This document shows positions 1-8,187 of a stretch of 24,000 nt of DNA, piece after piece. The stretch is taken from assembly GCF_053690295.1 (NCBI RefSeq), contig NZ_JBSAOV010000002.1. One strand, 5' to 3'. Both the position numbers and the translations under genes were made by a program. The notes beneath the pieces were generated by a model. The model had not been told where the DNA came from and did not search any database. It saw only the letters and a program-made list of their open reading frames with translations. Every line of letters begins with the position of its first letter. Position 1 is the first letter of the stretch.

Positions 1-788
1 TGGCCTCCGTCAGCGCCGAGGGCCCAATGCCAAAAGCTCTCTCCACAAGGCGCACCTCGCCCCTGATGCCGGGCTGCAGGCACCAGGGGCGAGCCTGTCC
101 TTTGCGCAGGGCTCGCATGACTTCGAATCCCTTGATCGTGGCATAGGCCGTGGGGATCGATTTGAAACCGCGCACCGGCTTGATCAGTATCTTGAGCTTT
201 CCGTGATCGGCCTCGATCACGTTATTGAGATACTTCACCTGCCGGTGGGCCGTCTCCCGGTCCAGCTTTCCTTCGCGCTTCAATTCGGTGATCGCTGCAC
301 CATAGCTCGGCGCTTTGTCGGTATTGAGCGTGGCAGGCTTTTCCCAGTGCTTCAGGCCTCGCAGGGCCTTGCCCAGGAACCGCTTCGCTGCCTTGGCGCT
401 GCGGGTCGGCGACAGGTAGAAATCGATCGTGTCGCCCCGCTTGTCGACTGCCCGGTACAGGTAGGTCCACTTGCCCCGCACCTTGACGTAGGTTTCATCC
501 AGGCGCCAGCTCGGATCAAAGCCACGCCGCCAGAACCAGCGCAGCCGCTTCTCCATCTCCGGGGCGTAGCACTGGACCCAGCGATAGATCGTCGTATGGT
601 CGACCGAAATGCCGCGTTCCGCCAGCATTTCCTCAAGGTCGCGATAGCTGATCGGATAGCGACAATACCAGCGCACCGCCCACAGGATCACATCACCCTG
701 GAAATGGCGCCACTTGAAATCCGTCATCGTTCCGTCCGTCCAATCTCCGCCAAGCATGCTCAAGCTTCACGATTTTTGCAACAGAGCC
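1..788 (-). mobile_element. IS6100: IS6-family insertion sequence, probably IS6100; runs off the window start, terminal inverted repeat at 775-788
   Basis: Terminal sequence on the minus strand reads GGCTCTGTTGCAAA..., and the minus-strand reading frame from 727 reads MTDFKWRHFQGDVILWAVRWYCRYPISYRDLEEMLAERG..., the IS6-family transposase as I remember it for IS6100. Confidence 0.88.
2..727 (-). CDS. tnpA: IS6-family transposase (C-terminus truncated by window edge)
   Basis: Open minus-strand frame from ATG at 727 to the window edge. Starts MTDFKWRHFQGDVILWAVRWYC and ends ...GIGPSALTEA. Missing from the ORF track because it has no stop inside the window. Confidence 0.9.
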   Translation of the reverse strand, partial: MTDFKWRHFQGDVILWAVRWYCRYPISYRDLEEMLAERGISVDHTTIYRWVQCYAPEMEKRLRWFWRRGFDPSWRLDETYVKVRGKWTYLYRAVDKRGDTIDFYLSPTRSAKAAKRFLGKALRGLKHWEKPATLNTDKAPSYGAAITELKREGKLDRETAHRQVKYLNNVIEADHGKLKILIKPVRGFKSIPTAYATIKGFEVMRALRKGQARPWCLQPGIRGEVRLVERAFGIGPSALTEA

Positions 789-828
789 AATATTATTGTG
801 TTTGTAACCTGCTGTTATCGCGATGAAA

Positions 829-1446
829 TTACCGTTCAGTTTTTTCGGTTGACGCGGACTGTTCCTGCATGGTTTTCATCTTTAGCTTCTGTTGTTCCCT
901 TACTGCCAGCCAGCGTCTGGCATTCAGCGCATCGCATTCTGATACCTGACCTGCTGGTAGTCCATCCAGTCCATAACGAGGGATACCTGCGACAGCAGTA
1001 CGCTGCAGATATACCTGTCGGGTGGTGATGCAGGATATTGCACAGGACCATTCATCCAGTGTCAGTTCTGTCTCAGGGTGTTCTGTCAGGAATGCGGCAA
1101 AATCATTGGTTATGCCAATTTTCAGTGGAAGAAATCCTCCGCCTTCTGCGCGAAGATGGGGAAACAGAGACTTCACTTTTTCCACGCAATCGTGAGTAAA
1201 TTCATGAGTCCAATGAGGCTGGCGTGGAAAACGGCGTCTTTTCTTTTTTTTCTTACAGGCAGGAGCATCAGGGGTATGAGTATCGACGGCAGGCGAACTG
1301 ATCCCCTCAGAGACTGATTCTTCCATCTTTTCTGTCTCTGAACGTGCGATAACACCTGTTTTTTCAGATAAGGAAGGGGGTAAAAGAGTGCGACGTTTTT
1401 TCACCATAATGATGGGTGTTTTCTTTTCTTCCTGATATTTCCCCAT
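829..1446 (-). CDS. FinO/ProQ-family RNA chaperone-like protein
   Basis: 205 aa. Basic N-terminal tail (CKKKKKRRRFPR) followed by FPHLRAEGGGFLPLKIGI...CAISCITTRQVYLQRTAVAGIPRYGLDGLPAGQVSECDALNARRWL, typical of a ProQ/FinO domain. Confidence 0.82.
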   Translation of the reverse strand: MGKYQEEKKTPIIMVKKRRTLLPPSLSEKTGVIARSETEKMEESVSEGISSPAVDTHTPDAPACKKKKKRRRFPRQPHWTHEFTHDCVEKVKSLFPHLRAEGGGFLPLKIGITNDFAAFLTEHPETELTLDEWSCAISCITTRQVYLQRTAVAGIPRYGLDGLPAGQVSECDALNARRWLAVREQQKLKMKTMQEQSASTEKTER

Positions 1447-1637
1447 AAAAACCTCTACGATGTGTTCTTATATAATAATATATATCATATTTTCACGATT
1501 AACATAATATCTTCGTTAAGAAAACAACAGAGCAAAATTTGTTTTTTTTTGACAGGCATGAAATGAGCCAGCATAATTATATTAATTATTATCCCAAATG
1601 AGTTTTTGTATTTGCTCATTCGGGATGGTTGGATATT

Positions 1638-3200
1638 TTAAGTTATATCTACTGTATCATTCTCAGGTAATCGTTCCATTAAATCAGAAACTACGGGCTG
1701 TAACCAGTCAGTGACTTCACTCACATACTGATGCCATTCGGGATGCCTGGAGGCCAGATCCATCACTCGTGTTAACCCGGACGGACGATCAATGCCCAAT
1801 TTAGTTAAAATATTCGAGATATAATTATGAGCATCAAGTTCAACTCTGATATCCCTTGCTGCTTCGATTATTTCTAAATATTCGCCACCCAATCCGTCCA
1901 GTGGGACATTTGTAATAAGATAATGAATGTATTGTTCAGGCTTAACCCCATTTGGGAGATTAAATTGTTTTACTTTTCCTTCCGCTGCCGCTTTTAACTC
2001 ATAAGTTCGTGATTCTGTGCCGGTGAAAACTTTATCAAGAGCAGTTTTCTTTTCATTTTCTGTGGAATATTTATCGCCATCAAGAATATAAAGTTTACCA
2101 GATAGATTGTCACCACGAATAAGGGTACTGGCAAGTAGAGTGAATGCGTTTGAAGCTGCGCCAAATTTAAATATTTTTACATATTTGCTGGCCTTAAGTG
2201 AAGAACATATTTTATTTATTATGGCAACAGCTAAGTCATCTTCTACATATATTTCAATAGGCGTCGTTGATTCACCTGTTAATCTGTTTATAGCATCAGG
2301 TTTTGTTTCTTCAAATGAATAACTACGGCCTTGAATGTTTACGACGTGTCTTATATTTATCTTGTCTGATAAAGTGGTTATCATTTCTCTATGGGTAGTA
2401 AAGATGATTTGTTTGTTTTTATCTTTGGCATGAGATGATATGACTTCTATTAACTTTTTCAATGCTTCGTCATGCAACAATAAATCTAATTCATCAATTA
2501 ATATTAAGGCGTTCTTGTCCGCTTTCAATATTGTTTCCAGAATTAAAAATATCTTTTGCTCTCCTGCGCTCATACTCAATGATGAGTAGGCCAGTCCCCC
2601 TGACTCAACTCCAATCAATATTTTTCCATTGGGTTGTTGATGCTGATTGAAACTTGTGTATGGTTTATTAAGTATATAGGAGGCGTAATGAAGAATGTTT
2701 GTTATTAAATCATTACTGACACTGCTGGTTTCATACTGAATATTATTCTTTTTTTCTGATTCTATTATAGGAACACATTTATCAATGCCAAGATAGTAAA
2801 CTTCTCTTAAAGGACGACGAGCATAAATCTGAATCCATCGTGAGCCTCGAATATCTGCTTTTCCATAATTTTTCAATTCATTTTCAATCATTACCCCATC
2901 TTTACGATAAGTTAAATTTACAATGAAGTCACTGCCGTTCCATTCAGCATGTGGGCTGCGTGGAAAAAAATGCATTAACCGATGGTCTTCACCGGGGAAA
3001 CCTTCTTCAGGCATGTATATGCTTGCTATAGCATGGAGTATTGTTGATTTTCCGCTTCCATTTGGACCTAAAATTGCGGTTAACGCATGAGGTTTAAAAA
3101 TAATCTCGTTTAATCCATTTATACATTTTAGTTTGTTAATTTTAATGGAGTTCAAGACTTGACCAGTAATGGTTTTTTTATTTTTTTCTGCCATTTTCAA
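1638..3200 (-). CDS. AAA/SMC-like ATPase with C-terminal TOPRIM-like domain (OLD-like candidate defence nuclease)
   Basis: 520 aa (a few codons shorter if translation starts at the second Met). Walker A GPNGSGKST, signature-like LSMSAGEQKIF, Walker B LILIDELDLLLH, H-loop-like IIFTTHR, then IEIYVEDDLAVAIINKI and LYILDGDKY consistent with TOPRIM acidic motifs. Confidence 0.8.
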   Translation of the reverse strand: MKMAEKNKKTITGQVLNSIKINKLKCINGLNEIIFKPHALTAILGPNGSGKSTILHAIASIYMPEEGFPGEDHRLMHFFPRSPHAEWNGSDFIVNLTYRKDGVMIENELKNYGKADIRGSRWIQIYARRPLREVYYLGIDKCVPIIESEKKNNIQYETSSVSNDLITNILHYASYILNKPYTSFNQHQQPNGKILIGVESGGLAYSSLSMSAGEQKIFLILETILKADKNALILIDELDLLLHDEALKKLIEVISSHAKDKNKQIIFTTHREMITTLSDKINIRHVVNIQGRSYSFEETKPDAINRLTGESTTPIEIYVEDDLAVAIINKICSSLKASKYVKIFKFGAASNAFTLLASTLIRGDNLSGKLYILDGDKYSTENEKKTALDKVFTGTESRTYELKAAAEGKVKQFNLPNGVKPEQYIHYLITNVPLDGLGGEYLEIIEAARDIRVELDAHNYISNILTKLGIDRPSGLTRVMDLASRHPEWHQYVSEVTDWLQPVVSDLMERLPENDTVDIT

Positions 3201-3456
3201 ATCCTAGCATTATGTTGGGGGGATTCACCATGTAATTCAGAAACATATAACTGTGAACAGGGGATATATCAAATCCTTTTAATATTCTATTTGGCACAGT
3301 ATTCTACATCAGGCCTCTTTTATGCTACAGACTTTTTGAGATGTCTGTAATTTTAGACTTAATGTTATGACTGATCATATCTCCTATCCACTGGTGGCGC
3401 AGGAAAGTTAACCAGCTGCCACCATGGGATGATGTGTAAACCGTGCTGGTATGTTT

Positions 3457-4047
3457 TTACGGGGTGACGCTTTCATTAACCTGTACACGAACCTCCATTC
3501 CGGCATCGTGACAGGCCTGCAGCCACTGCGCCACTTCCAGCGGATCGCCCTCCAGGCGTACCACCCTGCCTTCTTTATTCCATAACTGCAGACAGGTGCT
3601 GCCGTCGAGACGTACCACAAAATCCCCACGGCAGGCCTGATACGTTATGCCGTTCAGCTGCACCGCCAGATCAGTGGCAGAAGTGCCGTCTGCGGGCAGA
3701 CCTGCTGCCGGGACCAGCGGCAGTACGACGACTTCTGCCGCACGCTGTTCTGCCCGGAGGCGGTCCTGTTCTGCCAGCAGCAGAGGCTGTGCCACGGCCC
3801 GGCCGGCGTCCGTCAGCTCGACAGCCAGCTGCAGATTCGGGGCGCGCAGGGTACGCAGCCAGCCGGCATCCTCCAGACGACGGCAGGAGGCGCGCAGGTT
3901 TGGCCCGTAGACCGGGGCTTCCCCGCTTCGCTCCAGCACCCGTTCCAGGTCCCGCGTCAGCACGGGGCCCGGCCGTTTTTCATCAAGCGCAGCCAGCACA
4001 ATCAGCACTCTCCGCTGCAGTGGCGACGGTCGGCGGCTCTGGGTCAT
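3457..4047 (-). CDS. Plasmid-borne winged-helix-like hypothetical protein
   Basis: 196 aa. N-terminus MTQSRRPSPLQRRVLIVLAALDEKRPGPVLTRDLERVL...NLRASCRRLEDAGWL..LRAPNLQLAVELTDAGR resembles a winged-helix domain. Start codon overlaps the end of the upstream ORF. Confidence 0.6.
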   Translation of the reverse strand: MTQSRRPSPLQRRVLIVLAALDEKRPGPVLTRDLERVLERSGEAPVYGPNLRASCRRLEDAGWLRTLRAPNLQLAVELTDAGRAVAQPLLLAEQDRLRAEQRAAEVVVLPLVPAAGLPADGTSATDLAVQLNGITYQACRGDFVVRLDGSTCLQLWNKEGRVVRLEGDPLEVAQWLQACHDAGMEVRVQVNESVTP

Positions 4048-4304
4048 TACCTGTCATCCTCCGGCCAGATGAGGTTTCTGAGGCGCTGAAAGTCGGCGTC
4101 AATGAGCTCCTGTCTCTTTATGGCATTCATTGAGGCATAGCCATTTATGGCCAGTTCATGCCAGAAGATCAGCACGGCTCCGGCTTTGGCTGACTCGCAG
4201 AGATAAATCGCGCCCTGGCTGTCCAGATTGCATTCCCGGATGCGTTTTTCCGCAAACCGGGTCAGTTGTTCATAGCTGAGTGAAAACACCCTTTCTTCAT
4301 CCAT
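4047..4304 (-). CDS. Small conserved plasmid hypothetical protein, upstream partner of 3457-4047
   Basis: 85 aa ORF overlapping the next gene at position 4047, suggesting translational coupling. Confidence 0.55.
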   Translation of the reverse strand: MDEERVFSLSYEQLTRFAEKRIRECNLDSQGAIYLCESAKAGAVLIFWHELAINGYASMNAIKRQELIDADFQRLRNLIWPEDDR

Positions 4305-4657
4305 CCTGCACGCTCCATCTGATAATGTACTGACAGGTAAAAATAATATCCTGCATGATTTGTGTGCTCATGATTTCTGATAATATCAGATATTGTTTTA
4401 TCATCAATGATGAAAACCATATCTGATATGATTTTATATATATTTCTTAATTATCATATCATTTGCGTCTTTTCTGCCGCGCAGATCCAGTTTCCGGCTA
4501 AGTCGGATCGACCTAATCTTTGTTTCTGATATGAACACCTCGGAGAGGTGTAAGCAATGGTATAAACGAAATGTATTATGTATCTGCATCACAGCATGCG
4601 GGCACATTTTGCGGAAGGATATGAATCCCCCCGGAATAACTGGCAAAGGACAGATAA

Positions 4658-6796
4658 ATGGACATTGAAATACGCCACTGCAATAACATCGTACGAGCAC
4701 ATATCACCCTCACTGCCGATAAACTGAACATTAAGTTTGCGCCAAATGGTACTGGAAAAAGTACGCTGTCACGGGCCATAAGCTGTGCGGCGCGGGACGA
4801 CATTCAGGGACTACAGGCACTGATGCCCTTCCGGCTGCGCGGAGAAAACCCCGATAGCACCGGGCCCATTGTCATCGGTGCTGACGGGATTGGGGACGTG
4901 ATGTGCTTCAACGAGGAGTACGTCAGTCAGTTTACGTTCCAACCGGACGAGCTCATCAGTGATAGCTTTAATATTCTTATCCGCAATCAAGCCCATGCGG
5001 AAAGAGAGCGTGAAATAGAAGAAATGACGCAAAAGATCCGGGCTGTTTTCACGGATCACACTGAGCTGAACTCTCTGATAGACCATCTACAGGAACTCAG
5101 TAATGCTTTCAGATCAACCAGTTCCGGGATTTCACGTTCTTCAACCGGCATGAGAGGTCTGTCAGGCGGAAATAAAATACACCACATTCCGGCTGGTCTT
5201 GAGAACTATCAACCCTACATCCGCAGTGAACGCCGCGTGGAATGGATTGACTGGCAGACAAAGGGACTCGAGTTTTCGCCCCTTTCGGATGGCTGCTGTC
5301 CGTTCTGTACCGGTGATATCACGGGAAAGGAAGCACAAATTCGCCAAGTCAGAGAGGAATACGATAAATCCACCATTAAAAACCTGACCGCTATCATCAG
5401 ACTGGTGGAAAACCTCGGTAATTACCTGACGGAGAGCGCCAGAGAACGCCTTCTGGCCATTACTATGCTTCAGAACGGTCCGGAAGCCGAACATATCGAG
5501 TACCTAGTGGCGTTGAAACGCCAGACCGATACGCTGACAGAGAAACTCACTGCGCTGAGAGGCCTGAATGTTTTCAGCCTGCAGGAACAGCAGAACGTTC
5601 GGGAGGTGCTCACTGCCAGGTTGATTGACCTGCAGTTCTTCCCTGATCTGCAATCCGAACTCATGCAGGGGATCACCGACAGACTGAACGCGGCCCTTAT
5701 GGACCTGATAAACCTTGCCGGACCGCTGCAGGGAAAAATTAACCGGCACCGGGACAGCATGATCCGGCTGATCGCACAGCACAAAACAAACATCAATAAT
5801 TTCCTCACTTATGCAGGCTATAAATACAGGGTGGATATAGCCGGCGAGGGAGAGCAGAGAAAACTCAGGCTACGACACATAGATTTTGACGGGTACGTCA
5901 GCGGCGGTAGCCAGCATCTCAGCTATGGAGAACGGAACGCCTTTGCGATTGTGTTATTCATGTATGAATGCCTGTCAAAAAACCCGGGACTGATTATCCT
6001 TGATGATCCCATATCTTCTTTTGATAAAAACAAGAAGTTTGCCATTCTTGAAATGCTGTTCAGACGTGCAAGTGGTGAATGCCTGAAGAACCGGACTGTA
6101 CTTATGCTGACGCATGACGTGGAGCCTGTGATTGACACGCTGAAGTCAGTCAGAAGGTTGTTCAGTAATCAGGTGACCGCCTCCTGCCTGCGCCTGTCTG
6201 CTGGAGTCATAGAAGAATTACCTGTTAACGACGGCGATATCATGACATTCATGCAGATCTGCAAATCCATCACCGCGTCAGCAGACTGTGAGGAGATCAT
6301 TAAGCTCATCTATCTTCGTCGCTACTTTGAAATCGTTGACGAACGTGGTGATGCTTATCAGCTTCTATCCAATCTATTCCATCGACGCGTCGTCCCGCTG
6401 GATTATCGCGAGCCTGCCGCTGCGGGCTCGGGCTATCCCAAAATGGCTCCTGAGAAAATTCAGCAGGCCTTGCGGGATATCCGGGAGTATGTGGACAGTT
6501 TTGATTACCCGCGACTTCAGGCTCTCGTCAGCAGCCCAGATGAAATAAAAAACCTGTACCGTCGCTGTCGTAACGGCTATGAAAAACTGCAGGTATTCCG
6601 TTTACTGGAACTGGATCAGGACCATCCGGTAATACGAAAATTCGTTAACGAAACGTACCACATTGAAAATGAGTTCATCTGTCAACTAGATCCGTCCAGA
6701 TTCGATCTCATCCCGGAGTACGTGATTATGGAATGTGACAAGCTCATCGCCCTGCCACCGGCAGCAAACCAGAGCTCGGTTGCCCGTATCGCTTGA
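4658..6796 (+). CDS. AAA_13-type (PrrC/RloC/Rad50-like) ATPase, candidate defence protein
   Basis: 712 aa. Walker A-like FAPNGTGKSTLSRAI, zinc-hook-like GCCPFCTGD, signature HLSYGERNAFAIVLF, Walker B GLIILDDPISSFDKNKK, H-loop VLMLTHDVEPV; C-terminus NETYHIENEFICQLDPSRFDLIPEYVIMECD. Confidence 0.82.
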   Translation: MDIEIRHCNNIVRAHITLTADKLNIKFAPNGTGKSTLSRAISCAARDDIQGLQALMPFRLRGENPDSTGPIVIGADGIGDVMCFNEEYVSQFTFQPDELISDSFNILIRNQAHAEREREIEEMTQKIRAVFTDHTELNSLIDHLQELSNAFRSTSSGISRSSTGMRGLSGGNKIHHIPAGLENYQPYIRSERRVEWIDWQTKGLEFSPLSDGCCPFCTGDITGKEAQIRQVREEYDKSTIKNLTAIIRLVENLGNYLTESARERLLAITMLQNGPEAEHIEYLVALKRQTDTLTEKLTALRGLNVFSLQEQQNVREVLTARLIDLQFFPDLQSELMQGITDRLNAALMDLINLAGPLQGKINRHRDSMIRLIAQHKTNINNFLTYAGYKYRVDIAGEGEQRKLRLRHIDFDGYVSGGSQHLSYGERNAFAIVLFMYECLSKNPGLIILDDPISSFDKNKKFAILEMLFRRASGECLKNRTVLMLTHDVEPVIDTLKSVRRLFSNQVTASCLRLSAGVIEELPVNDGDIMTFMQICKSITASADCEEIIKLIYLRRYFEIVDERGDAYQLLSNLFHRRVVPLDYREPAAAGSGYPKMAPEKIQQALRDIREYVDSFDYPRLQALVSSPDEIKNLYRRCRNGYEKLQVFRLLELDQDHPVIRKFVNETYHIENEFICQLDPSRFDLIPEYVIMECDKLIALPPAANQSSVARIA

Positions 6797-6896
6797 GCCA
6801 CTGTTTTTGCCGCCGGAAGATAGGCTTTAGCTCCCTGATAGTCTGATCTTCGAAGATACCCTACAGTTTAGGACCGCTTACTGTAGATATCTGTTA

Positions 6897-6920
6897 AAAC
6901 AGCCCGTATACGGGCTGTTT
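6897..6920 (+). terminator. Terminator-like perfect palindrome AAACAGCCCGTATACGGGCTGTTT
   Basis: 24-nt perfect inverted repeat between the convergent 4658-6796 and vapC genes, followed by a short T-rich tract. Confidence 0.65.
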
Positions 6921-6957
6921 CTTGGTGCCCTTATCTCCTGACTTTGAAAAGAGTGTC

Positions 6958-7374
6958 TTACTTCACCCAGTCTTCCAGCACCAGGTCAGGCACTCGCTCA
7001 AATTCTCTTGTATTATTCGTTACCAGTATCGCCCCGGCGGCGATGGCGTGCCCGGCAATCGCCGTGTCGTTCGGGCCGATCGGCGTCCCGGCCAGCCGCA
7101 GTGCCACTTTAATCTTCGTGGTGGCGTCTACTGCGGCGCGATCCCAGGGCAGGATGGCATCGAGGCGGGCGCAGAATTCATCGACCAGTTGGACGTGACG
7201 TGGTGAGGCCTTTGGGCCGGTAGCCCCGAAGCGCATTTCAGAGTAGGTGATGGCCGAGACCACTATACGGTGGCCGCGTAGCACCGCCTGCTCCAGACGC
7301 TTCAGGACGGCTTCTGGCTGTTCACGCATGATGAACGAGCAGATACAGGTATCAAGCATATAAGTCTTGTTCAC
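6958..7374 (-). CDS. vapC: PIN-domain ribonuclease toxin VapC
   Basis: 138 aa. MLDTCICSFIM, SAITYSEMRFGA, GPNDTAIAGHAIAAGAILVTNNTREFERVPDLVLEDW match VapC catalytic blocks. Overlaps vapB by 4 nt. Confidence 0.93.
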   Translation of the reverse strand: MNKTYMLDTCICSFIMREQPEAVLKRLEQAVLRGHRIVVSAITYSEMRFGATGPKASPRHVQLVDEFCARLDAILPWDRAAVDATTKIKVALRLAGTPIGPNDTAIAGHAIAAGAILVTNNTREFERVPDLVLEDWVK

Positions 7375-7601
7375 AGGTTAAATCGCCCTTCGTCGCTGAC
7401 AACATCCTCGCGCTCCGCCATAAAATCTGGATCGGCTTTTTCGTACTCTAGGAATGATCCCCAGGTTGGCCGGACGGGGCGCAGGATGATGCTGTCCCCT
7501 TCCCGGACGATCTCGAGCTCGCTCACCCCCTCAAAATCCAGATCACGAGGCAGACGGATGGCGCGGTTGTTGCCATTTTTGAATATCGATACGGTTCTCA
7601 T
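7371..7601 (-). CDS. vapB: VapB antitoxin (AbrB/SpoVT-type N-terminus)
   Basis: 76 aa. MRTVSIFKNGNNRAIRLPRDLDFEGVSELEIVREGDSIILRP, directly upstream of and overlapping vapC. Confidence 0.92.
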   Translation of the reverse strand: MRTVSIFKNGNNRAIRLPRDLDFEGVSELEIVREGDSIILRPVRPTWGSFLEYEKADPDFMAEREDVVSDEGRFNL

Positions 7602-7618
7602 GTTTTTTCTCTCCCGAG

Positions 7619-7747
7619 CATATGGATATGTGAAACATATCCGGAATATTCAAAGCACCGGGTGTGTGCATATGTTTAGTATAGGCAGATGTGTGGCATA
7701 TGTATAGCGGTAGCATATGTAGATGCCAGGCATATGTTTAGCATATC
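7619..7747. repeat. Cluster of CATATG repeats upstream of vapB
   Basis: CATATG at 7619, 7669, 7697, 7714 and 7731, plus CATATC at 7742. The copies at 7697, 7714 and 7731 are exactly 17 nt apart within GCATATG(T) contexts. Confidence 0.7.
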
Positions 7748-7896
7748 TCTATTTCTTTCTTTTTTATCGGAGATCCGAAAAAAGGTTAAGTCTGATCTTA
7801 ATGAAATTACATGGAATTTGAGTGATATCCCTTACCCCACATCTCCAACGTGCTATCTATAAAGGTTGATACATCTCACTTAGTCCGGAGGTTGTT

Positions 7897-8187
7897 ATGA
7901 GCGTCAAAATCACAGGTTTAGACAAAATGCAGAAACAGCTAAAAGAGGTTGAGAGAGCAACAGAGGCATTAAACGGAAGTTATGATGTCCACTTCGATGC
8001 TAACGATCCTGTCAGCATTGAGAACGCGATTCAGGAAGCCTATTCCATGGTGTACGAACGCGCTTCTGGTTATGCCACTAATCCGATGGTCAGCCCATTA
8101 ATCGAACACATGAAAGAAAATCTGCGCCAACAGATTCTGGACAGAGCAGAACAACAAAGACAGGAGAGCGGGCAGGATGGCAATTGA
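7897..8187 (+). CDS. Small hypothetical protein encoded upstream of and overlapping the TIR-like gene
   Basis: 96 aa ORF (MSVKITGLDKMQKQLKEVERATEALNGSYDVHFDANDPVSIENAIQEAYSM...) with a strong Shine-Dalgarno-like GGAGG upstream. Overlaps the next ORF by 11 nt. Confidence 0.72.
   Translation: MSVKITGLDKMQKQLKEVERATEALNGSYDVHFDANDPVSIENAIQEAYSMVYERASGYATNPMVSPLIEHMKENLRQQILDRAEQQRQESGQDGN

Noticed and set aside
203-826. 207-aa plus-strand ORF in the track
   Set aside because: It lies antisense to the IS6-family transposase frame, which explains the region much better.
1638-3200. Possible retron or PARIS system
   Set aside because: No reverse transcriptase, msr/msd-like element or separate AriB-like gene could be identified nearby, so no known multi-gene system is claimed.
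7602-7750. Possible CRISPR array
   Set aside because: The repeats are only 6-8 bp with 11-50 nt spacing and no cas genes; better explained as operator sites.
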